From: Williamwhitmania sp.
GTDB taxonomy: Bacteria; Bacteroidota; Bacteroidia; Bacteroidales; Williamwhitmaniaceae
Length of the DNA stretch: 52,081 nt
Direction: 5' to 3'
Assembly: GCA_035530955.1 (NCBI GenBank)
Contig: DATKTT010000164.1
Coordinates: 1-52,081 of the forward strand
Part shown: positions 1 through 10,464 of the stretch, in pieces
How the letters are laid out: each line of letters starts with the position of its first letter
How positions within the stretch are numbered: the first letter of the stretch is position 1
Translations under genes and position numbers: made by a program
The notes under the pieces: model-generated
Told to the model about the DNA's origin: nothing
The model's database searches: none
The model's input: the letters and a program-made list of their open reading frames with translations, nothing else

Positions 1-1032
1 CCTCGAAAAAAGTTTATCCCATTCAATTCTTCTTCCATAGAAGAGGTAAACGTTATTGACTTTAAACTGAAAATTTTCTTTTCCCGAGAGGCTAATTTCG
101 TACGAATCGGTAATGTAGTATATACCAAAATAGTTTTTTTCACGCGAGTAACCAAGAGCAATACGGGTGGATACTTTAGCACCCAAACCACTACGTTCTC
201 CGGAATATTTCCCTTGGACATTATAGGAGAATGAGGTTTTCAGGTAGCCCATTCCCACCATGCCGGTAAGGTTCAGCAACAGTCGTTTCCACATTATAAA
301 GTTGTGTGAGTAGCCAAGGCTTATTCCGCCAGTAATGGCACTAACCTCATTGAGATTTAGCTTGTCGGAAACGTTGTACTGTTGAAGGTCGATAAAGACG
401 GAGTCAGCATAAACGTTAGTCACGTTGAAATAGGCTCCCATCATAAAGGTTCCTGAACTTTTCTTCTGCCACTCAATTTGCTGAAATGCTGCTTTTTGTG
501 AAAAACTTCTATTATTAAAAATGTAGAAAAAATTAGCACCATAGGTTGACCTAAAAGCATTTCTATTGTTTGGATATGGTTTGGTGGTGTTCCATCCGGG
601 GATAAAGTTATGTGGGTTTTCGAGGTAGAACCCTCGATAGTTCAAAAAGTATAGATCAAGGCCAAAAGTTTTGGCAAAAATGTTCGTTTGAAAGTCAAGA
701 GAGGTTGTTTTTCCATAGACCCTTTCATTTTCGGTGCTGGTTGGCAGCACAAACCCAAGTCGAATGCCAAACCATTTATTTACAAATCCTACACCCATTC
801 GGGTTTGCGGGGTTGGTGCAAATTTGTAGTTTTTGTTTAAGGAATCCTTGAGCGAGAAAGGTGCCGATTTAACACCAAGGTAAACAAAGACATTCATCTT
901 CTTGAACAAGGAAATGATGTTGGTGCTATCGCCGCTGCTTATTATGGCTGGGGAGTTTTCGGGAGTGCCAGCTATACCCGAAAATGAGAATATTAGTAAG
1001 TTGATGACTATTAGGAAAATCGTGGGTCTCAA
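1..1032 (-). CDS. DUF4421-like outer-membrane beta-barrel protein, runs off the left edge near its C-terminus
   Basis: Not in the ORF track. My translation from TTG at 1032 gives a signal peptide (MRPTIFLIVINLLIF..), then MGVGFVNKWFGIRLGF, YRGFYLENP and FNNRKFSQKAAFQQIEWQKKSSGTF, motifs typical of DUF4421. Frame is open to base 1. Confidence 0.7.
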   Translation of the reverse strand, partial: MRPTIFLIVINLLIFSFSGIAGTPENSPAIISSGDSTNIISLFKKMNVFVYLGVKSAPFSLKDSLNKNYKFAPTPQTRMGVGFVNKWFGIRLGFVLPTSTENERVYGKTTSLDFQTNIFAKTFGLDLYFLNYRGFYLENPHNFIPGWNTTKPYPNNRNAFRSTYGANFFYIFNNRSFSQKAAFQQIEWQKKSSGTFMMGAYFNVTNVYADSVFIDLQQYNVSDKLNLNEVSAITGGISLGYSHNFIMWKRLLLNLTGMVGMGYLKTSFSYNVQGKYSGERSGLGAKVSTRIALGYSREKNYFGIYYITDSYEISLSGKENFQFKVNNVYLFYGRRIEWDKLFSR

Positions 1033-1050
1033 CAGAATGTATATTTGTTG

Positions 1051-3564
1051 CTAAAGGGTCTTTTTTGTAACAATGCTCATCAGCTCGTCTGGATCAATGG
1101 GCTTTCCAATAAAATCGTCGCAACCAGCTTCAAAGCATCTGATTTTGTCTTCCGGCATCACGCTCGCTGTTTGCGCAATGATAGGTAGATTTTTTCTAAA
1201 AAGTTTTATTTTTTTTGTTGTTTCATAACCATCCATAAATGGTAGCTGCATTTCCATTAGTACAAGGTCTATTTTGGTGTTCATTTGACAAATTTCAAGG
1301 GCATCTTCGCCGTTCTTCACATGTACAATAGAGGCTTTAACTTCCCCAAGAATCGTTTCAAGATATTGGAAGCTGATCAAGTCGGCTTCCACCACTAGAA
1401 TGGTCTTTCCTGCTAGGGGATGGTCCTCTGAAATGGCATCGGCTATGGTATCTAAATCGTTTTTGCTGTTGATTTTTGTATAGGGAATAGTAAAGTAAAA
1501 GGTGCTTCCATTAATGCCGTCGCTTTCTACCCAAATTTCACCCCCCAGTAGAGAAACAAGCCCCTTACTTATGGCTAAGCCAAGGCCTGTACCATTTGGC
1601 TCAATGCCTTGCCTAACGCCAACCTGGTTGAACCGCTCGAAAATCAACTTTTGCTTTTCCTTCAGAATCCCGGGACCTGAATCTTTAACCCAGAAAAGTA
1701 GCTCCTTGTTGTCGTTTTGTGGCTTATACCCCAGCTCAATGGTACCCTCTTCGGTAAATTTAAACGCATTCTCGAGCAGGTATCCAGCAATTTCCTGCAG
1801 CCGCGTGCTATCGGTCACAATGAGAACCTCCTCGTCCGTTAGTCCCTTGCTCACTTTTAGGTCAATCTTTTCTGACAACTTGCTTGCCCAAAGGTTCTGG
1901 CATTCAACAACTAGTTGATTTACAACTTGATTTAACGAACATGCCGACTTTCGCATCGTCAACTGTCCTGACTCAATCTTAGCAATGCTAATAATGTCGT
2001 TTATGATCTCCAGTAGTTGACGACCCCTTTCGTCGATAATTTCTATGTATTGTTTCCGTATATCAAATGGTAACTCCTCTTCAAGCATTTTGGAGAATCC
2101 AATAATTCCGTTGAGGGGGGTTCTAATTTCATGCGACATATTGGTGAGGAACGCCGTTTTCAACCTGTCTGATTCTTCTGATTTTATTAGTGCACTATTT
2201 AGCTCCTTGGTTCTGGCCTGAACGAGGTGTTCCAAATCTTGGTTAAATTGGTTGAGTTCCTTGTTCATGGAGTCGATTTCATTGCTCTTACTTCTTATCT
2301 TTTTGTTAGCAACAACAAGAGCAAATGCAAACAAAAGGACGACGAGCACAAAAATCAATAGGGTAATATTCAGCACTGCCGATTTTTCGGTTTTTTGCTG
2401 GGTAAGGTTTAGCTCCTGATTCAGCAAATCGTTGGTTTGGGACTGCGAGTCATAGTCGTATTTGACTCTGAATTCGGCTACTTTATCGCTAAGGTCTTTA
2501 GAGAAGATGCTATCCTTAATGTTGATATAACGCATTAAAAGGCTACGCGATTGAGACTCGTTTCCATCCAAGTGCTTCAGGTTGGATAGCGTGAGTAGTG
2601 CTTCTGCCTGAACACGTTTGAGCGCACTTCCTTTGGCGATGTTGTATGATTTAGTGGCATACTTTATTGCCTCCGAGTACTTTCCTTGCTTTGAAAGAAC
2701 CTCGGCAAGATCGTTATAGCATTCGGCCTCGCTGTAGCGTTCCGTTAACTCATTTGCCATCTGGGCTGCCTGAAAGTAAAAGGCGGCGGCCTTTTCAAGA
2801 TTGCCTATCTTAAAGTGTGTAATCCCCAGATTCTCTAACGTTGTAATCATGCTTCGACGGTTTCCCTGCCGCTTCTTCATTTCTAAAACATGAAGAAAGC
2901 ATGGAAGTGCATCGTCGTAGCGACCCAAGTCCAGCAGGATGAGTCCCACATTGTTCTGCGTATACACAATACCAACACTATCGTTCATCTGAATGGAGAG
3001 TTCCCTTGCCTTTTCAAAGAGGGAAAGGGCATGGGTGTAGTCGCCCAAGTTTCGGTAAACTAGGCCAAGATTGTTCAACGCCTTTGCAACGCTTAGCCTG
3101 TCACCAACCTCCTGCTCTATTGTCAATGACTTTTGGTAAGCAGCAAGTGCCTCAGCGTAGTTGCCAAGGCGCTCTAAGCTGGCACCCATACGGTTCAAGC
3201 AGCTTGCAAGGCCAGCAGAATTGTGTTCATTCTTGTATAGTAGTGATGCAGACTTCAGGTAGTCGAGCGATTGGGTATAATGTGACAGGTAAAAGTCGCT
3301 TGCAGCACAAGATTCCAATGCTCTTGCTTTAAGCAGTGGTAGGTTTAATTCGCTTGAAATCTCAAGAGCCGATTCGGCATACCCTAACGATTTTTCAGGA
3401 TTGTTTGACAAGGTTAGGGTTGCTAGTTCAAGGTATATATCGACCCTTGCTTTGTCGTGGGCTTCAGGAATAAGCGACAAAAGGCTGTCCTCTCTTGCAT
3501 TTTGTGCCGGTAGCATTTCTACCATGAGCAACAAGCCAAGAATTATTCTACCAACCTTTGTCAT
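1051..3564 (-). CDS. Hybrid sensor histidine kinase (periplasmic TPR sensor, TM, HisKA, HATPase, atypical receiver)
   Basis: Signal peptide, TPR repeats (ALNNLGLVY), TM helix, H-box FLTNMSHEIRTPL, N-box LLENAFKFT, DSGPG, GTGLGL, C-terminal REC ending FIGKP. Confidence 0.93.
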   Translation of the reverse strand: MTKVGRIILGLLLMVEMLPAQNAREDSLLSLIPEAHDKARVDIYLELATLTLSNNPEKSLGYAESALEISSELNLPLLKARALESCAASDFYLSHYTQSLDYLKSASLLYKNEHNSAGLASCLNRMGASLERLGNYAEALAAYQKSLTIEQEVGDRLSVAKALNNLGLVYRNLGDYTHALSLFEKARELSIQMNDSVGIVYTQNNVGLILLDLGRYDDALPCFLHVLEMKKRQGNRRSMITTLENLGITHFKIGNLEKAAAFYFQAAQMANELTERYSEAECYNDLAEVLSKQGKYSEAIKYATKSYNIAKGSALKRVQAEALLTLSNLKHLDGNESQSRSLLMRYINIKDSIFSKDLSDKVAEFRVKYDYDSQSQTNDLLNQELNLTQQKTEKSAVLNITLLIFVLVVLLFAFALVVANKKIRSKSNEIDSMNKELNQFNQDLEHLVQARTKELNSALIKSEESDRLKTAFLTNMSHEIRTPLNGIIGFSKMLEEELPFDIRKQYIEIIDERGRQLLEIINDIISIAKIESGQLTMRKSACSLNQVVNQLVVECQNLWASKLSEKIDLKVSKGLTDEEVLIVTDSTRLQEIAGYLLENAFKFTEEGTIELGYKPQNDNKELLFWVKDSGPGILKEKQKLIFERFNQVGVRQGIEPNGTGLGLAISKGLVSLLGGEIWVESDGINGSTFYFTIPYTKINSKNDLDTIADAISEDHPLAGKTILVVEADLISFQYLETILGEVKASIVHVKNGEDALEICQMNTKIDLVLMEMQLPFMDGYETTKKIKLFRKNLPIIAQTASVMPEDKIRCFEAGCDDFIGKPIDPDELMSIVTKKTL

Positions 3565-3664
3565 TAGTATACAATTAGTGCATAAAAATAAGGCATTTTG
3601 CTATCCAATCAAAAAAACTCTGGTCATAGCTGTCCGATTACAGATAGATTTTGCCAGATAAAGC

Positions 3665-3672
3665 TATTTTTG
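3665..3672 (+). promoter_or_regulatory. Bacteroidota sigma-A -7 box (TATTTTTG) for the tonB-like gene
   Basis: Matches TAnnTTTG, 11 nt before ATG 3684. Confidence 0.5.
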
Positions 3673-3683
3673 TGGCGAATGTT

Positions 3684-4493
3684 ATGAATTGGATCGACAA
3701 ACAAATGGCCTCGCTTGGCGAGGTTGCTGAGAATAAGTTTTCAAGCCTTGCTTCTTTTATACGGAGGCATAGGATTGGTGTATATGGTACCATTATTTTT
3801 CACCTCATCATAGCCATTATCATTTTAACGCTTAAGTTGGGCAGCCTCCACACTCAAAACAACCAGCCAGTTGTCATTAATTTCGAGAAAGAGGCAATTC
3901 CCCCTGAAATTCTTAAGCAGGAGATAAAAAAGGAGATGGCGCAGCTTAAACAGGAGTTGGCCAAGGTGAATTATTCAAAAATGGATTTTCGAAATGCTGC
4001 CGCAGATGTTTCGTCTGAATCGAAGGATCTAAATAAATCCCTCACCGATGATCGAAACACTAAAACCGATGAGCTTTACGACGAGGCCAAAAAGTTGCAG
4101 GAACGTTTAGAGGCGGGCAAGGCCAATTTAGAAAAATTGGAGCGGGGCGAGAATGCCATTCAGCCACCAGCTGGGCAAGAGCTTGCAAAGAAGCCAGCCA
4201 AAGCACCCAATCCGGGCAAAGTGCTCGTTAACTACAGTTTAGGTGGGCGTAAGGCCTTTAGGCTACCCGTACCGGCCTACACTTGCGAAGGTGGTGGTAC
4301 GGTAAAGGTGATAATTGAGGTTAACCAGCAGGGTTATGTAACCTCTGCAAAAGTGGACAACAGCAGTAGCAGCTCGGACGATTGCCTTTGGGATGGTGCC
4401 CTTCGCTCGGCTCGGTCATCTAGGTTTCAAATTCAGGAGGGTGGAGCATCCTCGCAGTCAGGATTTATTTTGTATCGTTTTATTCCACAGTAG
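3684..4493 (+). CDS. TonB-family energy transducer-like membrane protein
   Basis: N-terminal TM with TIIFHL (His-containing TonB anchor), coiled coil, C-terminal TonB_C-like P.YTCEGGGTVKVIIEVNQQG..; ATG 3684 preferred over TTG 3651. Confidence 0.75.
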   Translation: MNWIDKQMASLGEVAENKFSSLASFIRRHRIGVYGTIIFHLIIAIIILTLKLGSLHTQNNQPVVINFEKEAIPPEILKQEIKKEMAQLKQELAKVNYSKMDFRNAAADVSSESKDLNKSLTDDRNTKTDELYDEAKKLQERLEAGKANLEKLERGENAIQPPAGQELAKKPAKAPNPGKVLVNYSLGGRKAFRLPVPAYTCEGGGTVKVIIEVNQQGYVTSAKVDNSSSSSDDCLWDGALRSARSSRFQIQEGGASSQSGFILYRFIPQ

Positions 4494-4495
4494 TG

Positions 4496-5713
4496 CTAGA
4501 ATGCGGCCATAAGCAGGTCGATATCTTTGGCTGGCAGGTGGTAAATACTTCCAAACTTGAAGTTTGTAAGAATGCCGTTGAAGAGGTACACCCCGTGCCG
4601 CAATCCCTTATTTTCTTTAAGTACAGCAGTAACGCCGGAGGATTGTCCTATCATTAAAAGAATTGGCACAAAAACATTGCTTAATGCAATGCTTGATGTT
4701 CTGGCAACTTGGGAGGTAATATCGGGCATGCAGACGTGAATGACACCATGTCGTGTAAAGCTTGGTTTGTCGAAGGGGCAAGACTCTGTGGTCTCAAACG
4801 ATCCTCCACTTGTTACTGTAAGGTCAATAATCACAGCTCCCGTCTTCATCTTTTCAATAAACGAAGTTGGGATCTGCTGGGCAAAGGCATCTTCATCGGT
4901 AACAGGCGTGCCGATTACCACGTCAGCCGACCGAAGAGATTTTTCGAGAACTTGAGGATGAAAAATGCTGGTATAAAGCCGTGTGCCTAAACGGTATTGA
5001 ATGTCGGTGAGCCGCTTGAGCGATTGGTCGAAAATTTTTACTACACAGCCTAGGCCAAGAGCGGCCCTTGCTGCAAATTCTCCGGCAGTATCGGCACCAA
5101 TTATAACCACTTCTGTGGGCGAAATGCCAGTGATACCACCAAGCATCACTCCTTTACCGCTATGCAAGTTCGAGAGGTATTCGGCAGCAACTAGAATTGA
5201 GGTGTTTCCGGCAATGGAGCTCATTGATCGAACAACAGGGTAGCATCCATCGTCATCTTTGATTAGCTCAAAGCTAATGGCGGTAATCTTTTTCTGCTGT
5301 AGCGATTTAAGCAGGTTTTCGGTTTGCCCCGTATGGTAAAACGATGAGATGATGGTTTTGCCGTCGGCCATTAGGTCAATTTCTGCCTCGGTGGGTGGGG
5401 CAACCTTCAACACAATGTCTGCTTTATATACTTCGCCAGTGCTGCATATGCTTGCTCCAGCCTCAGAATAGGTTAGGTCGGTATAGCTAGCCCCTGATCC
5501 AGCGGCCTTCTCCACCAGCAGCTTATGTCCATTTGCTACGAGTATTTCAACGGCTTCAGGGGTCAGGGAAATTCTATTTTCGCCTACGCCCGATTCCTTG
5601 GGTAAACCAATAATGAAGCTGCGCTGTTTCCGGCCAATGGCAAGCGTTTCCTCTTGAGGAAGCAAACTTTTTCCAAAATGGAATAGTGGTGAATTGGGTC
5701 CGAGATGTTTCAT
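4496..5713 (-). CDS. ald: Alanine dehydrogenase family protein (Bacteroidota paralog)
   Basis: IGLPKE..ENRISLTP, VEKAAG, MSSIAG, GVMLGGITG, GAVIIDL; Rossmann motif is degenerate (GADTAG). Confidence 0.8.
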   Translation of the reverse strand: MKHLGPNSPLFHFGKSLLPQEETLAIGRKQRSFIIGLPKESGVGENRISLTPEAVEILVANGHKLLVEKAAGSGASYTDLTYSEAGASICSTGEVYKADIVLKVAPPTEAEIDLMADGKTIISSFYHTGQTENLLKSLQQKKITAISFELIKDDDGCYPVVRSMSSIAGNTSILVAAEYLSNLHSGKGVMLGGITGISPTEVVIIGADTAGEFAARAALGLGCVVKIFDQSLKRLTDIQYRLGTRLYTSIFHPQVLEKSLRSADVVIGTPVTDEDAFAQQIPTSFIEKMKTGAVIIDLTVTSGGSFETTESCPFDKPSFTRHGVIHVCMPDITSQVARTSSIALSNVFVPILLMIGQSSGVTAVLKENKGLRHGVYLFNGILTNFKFGSIYHLPAKDIDLLMAAF

Positions 5714-5761
5714 TTTTGTGTCAATAGAAGTTGTTAAATGTACGACATCCCATTGGCATTT

Positions 5762-6202
5762 TCAAGAAGGAGGCCCCATCTCCTTTACAAAGAATGAAAA
5801 CCTGCGGGATTCGTCCTGCATAACCTCAATTTTGATAACTATTGCCTCTTCCGGAATGAGTGTATCGATGACTTCAGGCCACTCAATAAGGCAGATTCCT
5901 TCTCCGAAAAAGTATTCCTCATAGCCAAAATCAAAAGCTTCCTCAACCGATTGAATGCGGTAAAAGTCGAAGTGAAAAACAGAACTTCCCTTGTCGGTAA
6001 AATACTCGTTTACCAAGGCAAAAGTTGGACTGCTCACCACGTCCACCACGTTCATTTGGCGGCAAAGCTCTTTTATTAGAGTGGTTTTACCAGCCCCCAT
6101 CAATCCTTGAAAGGCAAATATTCTTTTTCCTTCAAATGCTTTAAGTATATGCTCTGCCACGGCAGGTAGTTCAGTCAAGTCTTTAGCAACAATTACATCC
6201 AT
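5762..6202 (-). CDS. tsaE: tRNA t6A37 biosynthesis ATPase TsaE
   Basis: GLMGAGKTT, SSPTFALVNEY, HFDFYR, IEWP. Confidence 0.96.
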   Translation of the reverse strand: MDVIVAKDLTELPAVAEHILKAFEGKRIFAFQGLMGAGKTTLIKELCRQMNVVDVVSSPTFALVNEYFTDKGSSVFHFDFYRIQSVEEAFDFGYEEYFFGEGICLIEWPEVIDTLIPEEAIVIKIEVMQDESRRFSFFVKEMGPPS

Positions 6203-6204
6203 AG

Positions 6205-7764
6205 TTACTTTTTGAGCGGATCGAGAACAATTAATGGAATCATCATCTCCTCCAGTGAAACGCCTCCATGCTGGAAGGTATTGCGGTAGTAACGGGAGAA
6301 ATGGTTATAGTTGTTTGGGTATACAAAAAAATCGTGATTGGTGGCAAAAATATAGGCGGAGGTTAGATTGCTTTTTGGTAGGTGCACCTCCTCGGGCTTA
6401 AGAATTTCAAAAACCTCCCGTGCCTCGTAGTTTAAGCTACGGCCTAATTTATACCGAAGGTTGGTGGAGGTATTTCTATCGCCCACCACTTTTATGGGGT
6501 TGGTGACCAGGGTGGTTCCGTGATCCGTTGAGAGAATCACCGTCATTTGCTGGTCGGCCAGCTCCTTGAGCAGTGCTAAAAGGTCGGAGTGAAGAAACCA
6601 GGAGAGCGTTAGGGAGCGGTAGGCCGATTCATCGGAAGCCAGCTCCTTAATTAGCTCCATCTCGGTACGTGAATGGGAAAGCATGTCTACAAAGTTGTAT
6701 ATCAACACCGTGAGGTTGTTCTCAGCGAGCTGATTTACATTGCCAAGAAGTTTCTTGGCTGAACCGGGAACAACAAACTTCTCAAATCCAAGCTTATACT
6801 TCTTACCCAGCTTTTGTATCTGACGAATTAGTAAGGCCTCCTCGTACTGGTTTTTCTTATCGTCCTCTTCGTCGCTCACCCACATTTCGGGATAGAACTG
6901 CTGTATTTCCTGGGGCATTAACCCAGCAAATATTGCATTTCGGGCATACTGGGTGGCGGTAGGTAAAATACTGCAGTACACTTCCTCCTGTCGTAGCCGA
7001 AATAGATGGAGTATTTCAGGTGCAATAATCTTCCACTGGTCGAGGCGGAAGTTGTCGATAAGGATAAAGACAACCTTTTCACCCTTGTCAATGAGGGGGA
7101 ACACCTTTGTCTTAAGCAAGTTGGGTGATAATAGAGGCGCTTCGCTGTTGTTCTTTCCAAACCACTGCTTATAGTTTTGCTTCACCCACTTGGCAAACTC
7201 CTTGTTGGCCTCGTCTTTTTGAAAACCGTATATCTCCTTAATACCAGCATCGGACGATTCCTCCAGTTCCAACTCCCAGGCAATGAGTTTTTTGTATATA
7301 TCGGTCCAGTTGATAAAAGATCGAGCTGTTGAAATCAGCATGTTTAGCTCTCCAAGCGCTCTTCTGAAGTCCTGAGTTGATTGGGCATCGATTAGGGCGC
7401 CCTTGTGGATATTCTTTTTTATGGAGAGCAAAAGTTGGTTTGGCTTAACCGGTTTAATGAGGTAGTCGGCAATTTTCGAACCAATGGCACGGTCCATAAT
7501 GTCCTCCTCCTCGCTCTTTGTAACCATCACTACCGGGGTTTCCGGTCTAATCTCCTTTAGCAACGCAAGCGTTTCCAGCCCACTTAATCCGGGCATATTT
7601 TCATCCAAAAAAACGAGGTCGAATCGTTGCTGCTTCATAAGCTCCAGCGCGTCGGTTCCGTTGGAGGTGAAAACAACCTCATAACCTTTGCCTTCAAGAA
7701 AAATGGCATGAGGTCGAAGCAGGTCCATTTCGTCATCAACCCAAAGAATTGTAACATTTCCCAT
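6205..7764 (-). CDS. porX: T9SS response regulator PorX (REC + PglZ/alkaline-phosphatase domain)
   Basis: ILWVDDE..FLDENMPG receiver, LPTATQYARNAIF, TDHG, FQHGGVSLEEM; conserved porX-tsaE order. Confidence 0.95.
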   Translation of the reverse strand: MGNVTILWVDDEMDLLRPHAIFLEGKGYEVVFTSNGTDALELMKQQRFDLVFLDENMPGLSGLETLALLKEIRPETPVVMVTKSEEEDIMDRAIGSKIADYLIKPVKPNQLLLSIKKNIHKGALIDAQSTQDFRRALGELNMLISTARSFINWTDIYKKLIAWELELEESSDAGIKEIYGFQKDEANKEFAKWVKQNYKQWFGKNNSEAPLLSPNLLKTKVFPLIDKGEKVVFILIDNFRLDQWKIIAPEILHLFRLRQEEVYCSILPTATQYARNAIFAGLMPQEIQQFYPEMWVSDEEDDKKNQYEEALLIRQIQKLGKKYKLGFEKFVVPGSAKKLLGNVNQLAENNLTVLIYNFVDMLSHSRTEMELIKELASDESAYRSLTLSWFLHSDLLALLKELADQQMTVILSTDHGTTLVTNPIKVVGDRNTSTNLRYKLGRSLNYEAREVFEILKPEEVHLPKSNLTSAYIFATNHDFFVYPNNYNHFSRYYRNTFQHGGVSLEEMMIPLIVLDPLKK

Positions 7765-7776
7765 TTGTAGTAATAT

Positions 7777-10464
7777 TTAGGGATTGTAGTGTTGCCGGAA
7801 GAAAGTAAGGTAGTTCTGAATGCCCTTATCGGCCGTAAACTGCGCATAGTTTTGTTTCGAAATCACAAAAATGGCGCAATCTTCAGCAGGTGCATTTAGA
7901 AAAATCCCCGGCGCTGCACTAATCTTTTTGAAGTAGTCAATGGCAGAAGCCTTATCCTTCAGCGTTTCTACAAGAATAGTATTAAAACTTTGGTTAAGTT
8001 GGGTTGAGGAGACGTTTAGGTTTAAGTTCAAATACAAGGAGTCGAGGTTGAATGATACAATGTTGAACTTTATGCGGTTGAGGTCTAACTTATTGGAAAC
8101 AACTGCTACAAAGTATTGTTCGCCATCTGCATCGGTATAGTTTACCGATGGATGCTCCTGATCTGTTTGTGGGTTTTTGTTTTCGGCGAGGGTTGCATTT
8201 TGAGCCAGCTTAAGCTCAACGTTATTGAGGTTGGCAATCATTTCCCTTGCCTTGGTTGCCTCTTCAGTAGAAGGGAACTTCTTCATCACCTGGTTTAGCG
8301 CATTGCGATAGGCAGCAAGGTTTCCTCCATCGCCTTGGCAAATAGCCAAAATGAGCTGGTATTTGGGCAGCAAGTTGCTGTCAGGATACTTGTTTATGGC
8401 TGCAGTAGCCTGTTGGGCCGCAGCTGGGAAGTTGCCTGTGCTAAAGGTTTGGTAGAGTTGCTCGTAATTCTTTTCTTCCTCACCTTGCTGATCCGTCAAC
8501 TTTTTAAGGTAATCAGGGTTGGTAATGGCCATTGCAAATGTGCTGTTTGGGTAGTTGTTCACCAGCAAATCGCGGTATTTTTTAACCCTCTGAGCATCTT
8601 GTATGGCAAGGGAGAGCTGGTATAGGTTGAAGTAAACAGAAACTAGGTCGGTGTTATTGGGAAATCGTTGTGCAAACTCTTCATAGGTTTTTATGGCAGC
8701 TAGGTAATCTTTCATCTGATTCTGGTATACCGCGGCTGCTTTTAAAAGCGAAGTTTCGATTCGCTTGGTAGAAGCCTTCATTAACGAGTCGGTCAGTGGC
8801 AGGTCAGCAAGGTAGAATTCGCGGGAATTTTTGGAGAGCTGCTTCTTAACGGTTGCCGCAGCTGCTTTCCCTGTCTCTTCCTCCGTTGTTCCTGTGCCAA
8901 CGTCACCGGTGAGTTCAGAAATTCCTTTGTTTTTTCGCCTCCAGTTATCTTCCAATTTTCGCTTGCCCCACAACATTTGGAATTCCGATGAGCCCACCGC
9001 CAGCGTTGCAGGGTTATAGAAGTACCATTTTCCGCCCTGCTGTCCAGCAAGATTTTGGGTTGCCTGTTGCTGCTGGTAGTAGGAGGCAGCGTAACGTTGT
9101 TGCTCCTCTTCTTTGCGCTTTGCTTCTTCCTCTTCCTGAACCTTTTTTATAAGCGACGCAATGAGGACATTTCGGTCCGCTTCAGACATTTTGGCAACCC
9201 GCTGAAGGCTGTCCTCGCGCGATACAACCCGGAGATCGGAAACGAGGCTAGTCAGGTTGTCGGTCTTGAGCTTGAGCTGTGCATAGTCTGGATAGGTATT
9301 ATCGAGAACTGTAACGGCAGTGTCGTAGTAAGCCTGTGCCATAATGTAATCAGGCTTTTCAAAGTAAAGATCAGCCAACGTTATGGACGAGAGTCCTTTT
9401 TGGAAGTTATTAGAAACGCTTTTGCTGACAGAGAGAGCAAAGTTTTTCATGGCTGCCGGCTTATCGTTTTCGGCTAGGTCAATTTTACCAAGGGCATAGT
9501 AAACAAGGTCCAGATACTCCCGGTTCTTTTCGTCCTTTGCCAGCTTTAGCAGCACCTTTCTGATATCCTTCCCCTTTTGACCAGATTGATAGAGGATGGC
9601 AATTTTAATTTGTGCATTGAAGGCAGTTTCGTATGCAGGATTCATTTTGGTTACCGCGCGAAACTCTTCAATACTCTTTTCGTTATCCCCAATTTTTTCG
9701 TAGAGCTGGCCCAAGAGGTAAGTTAGTCGAACTCGTCTATTCTTTTTCCAATGCGACTGCATTGCCTTTTTGAGAAAGGGAATAGCATCGGCATATGCTT
9801 TTCGCTTTATGTCCATGTCGGCGAAGGAGAGAAGCAATAATGGTCGCAGCTTGGTTGGAAATTTTTTATCGGCATCGAGTGATCGGAGCATTTCCTGACC
9901 CTCTTCAAAAGAGCCAGTTTGGGCGTCGATAATGGCCATCCAAACCTTGGCCTCATATAACGACTCGCTGTTTGGGTATTCCGTAAGCATAAAGTCGAAG
10001 GTCTGGAGTGCCTTGTCGTAGTTCATGCCATACACGTTAGCCTTACCAATGAGAAGATAGGCTTCCGGCACCCAAGCGCAAAACTCATTTTGGTTATAAA
10101 ATTCTCTATCTTTTTTATTTGGTGCTCCCTTTTTGGGCTTTGGCTTAACAGTAATGGAGTGGTGGGCCACTAAGCCGGTAGCCTTCTTAATGGCACGATC
10201 CATATCACCAGCAATTGTTCCGGCCATTTGCTGGTTGTTGAAGGTAAATATCGGAAGCAAGTCGGTGTAGTTCATCGGGTAATTTTTCTCCGACTTTGCC
10301 ACCCCATTCTCGTAGCTGAGGTTGGCGTTAAAGTAGTAGTTATAGTATGCAGTGAGGTCGTGATAGTTACGGGTAACCACCGTGTTTTTCTTGGTTGAGC
10401 ACGAAGTGTTTATTGCTACAATTGCAGCAAGGAGCAGGAATAGCTTAGCAATAGATGATTTCAA
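7777..10464 (-). CDS. porW: T9SS periplasmic TPR lipoprotein PorW/SprE
   Basis: Lipobox-like TSC followed by STKKNTVVTRNYH..YN.YFN; EDSLQRVA; WYFYN..F...WG.RKLEDNWR. TTG at 10464 chosen because a terminator lies at 10562-10585. Confidence 0.88.
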   Translation of the reverse strand: MKSSIAKLFLLLAAIVAINTSCSTKKNTVVTRNYHDLTAYYNYYFNANLSYENGVAKSEKNYPMNYTDLLPIFTFNNQQMAGTIAGDMDRAIKKATGLVAHHSITVKPKPKKGAPNKKDREFYNQNEFCAWVPEAYLLIGKANVYGMNYDKALQTFDFMLTEYPNSESLYEAKVWMAIIDAQTGSFEEGQEMLRSLDADKKFPTKLRPLLLLSFADMDIKRKAYADAIPFLKKAMQSHWKKNRRVRLTYLLGQLYEKIGDNEKSIEEFRAVTKMNPAYETAFNAQIKIAILYQSGQKGKDIRKVLLKLAKDEKNREYLDLVYYALGKIDLAENDKPAAMKNFALSVSKSVSNNFQKGLSSITLADLYFEKPDYIMAQAYYDTAVTVLDNTYPDYAQLKLKTDNLTSLVSDLRVVSREDSLQRVAKMSEADRNVLIASLIKKVQEEEEAKRKEEEQQRYAASYYQQQQATQNLAGQQGGKWYFYNPATLAVGSSEFQMLWGKRKLEDNWRRKNKGISELTGDVGTGTTEEETGKAAAATVKKQLSKNSREFYLADLPLTDSLMKASTKRIETSLLKAAAVYQNQMKDYLAAIKTYEEFAQRFPNNTDLVSVYFNLYQLSLAIQDAQRVKKYRDLLVNNYPNSTFAMAITNPDYLKKLTDQQGEEEKNYEQLYQTFSTGNFPAAAQQATAAINKYPDSNLLPKYQLILAICQGDGGNLAAYRNALNQVMKKFPSTEEATKAREMIANLNNVELKLAQNATLAENKNPQTDQEHPSVNYTDADGEQYFVAVVSNKLDLNRIKFNIVSFNLDSLYLNLNLNVSSTQLNQSFNTILVETLKDKASAIDYFKKISAAPGIFLNAPAEDCAIFVISKQNYAQFTADKGIQNYLTFFRQHYNP

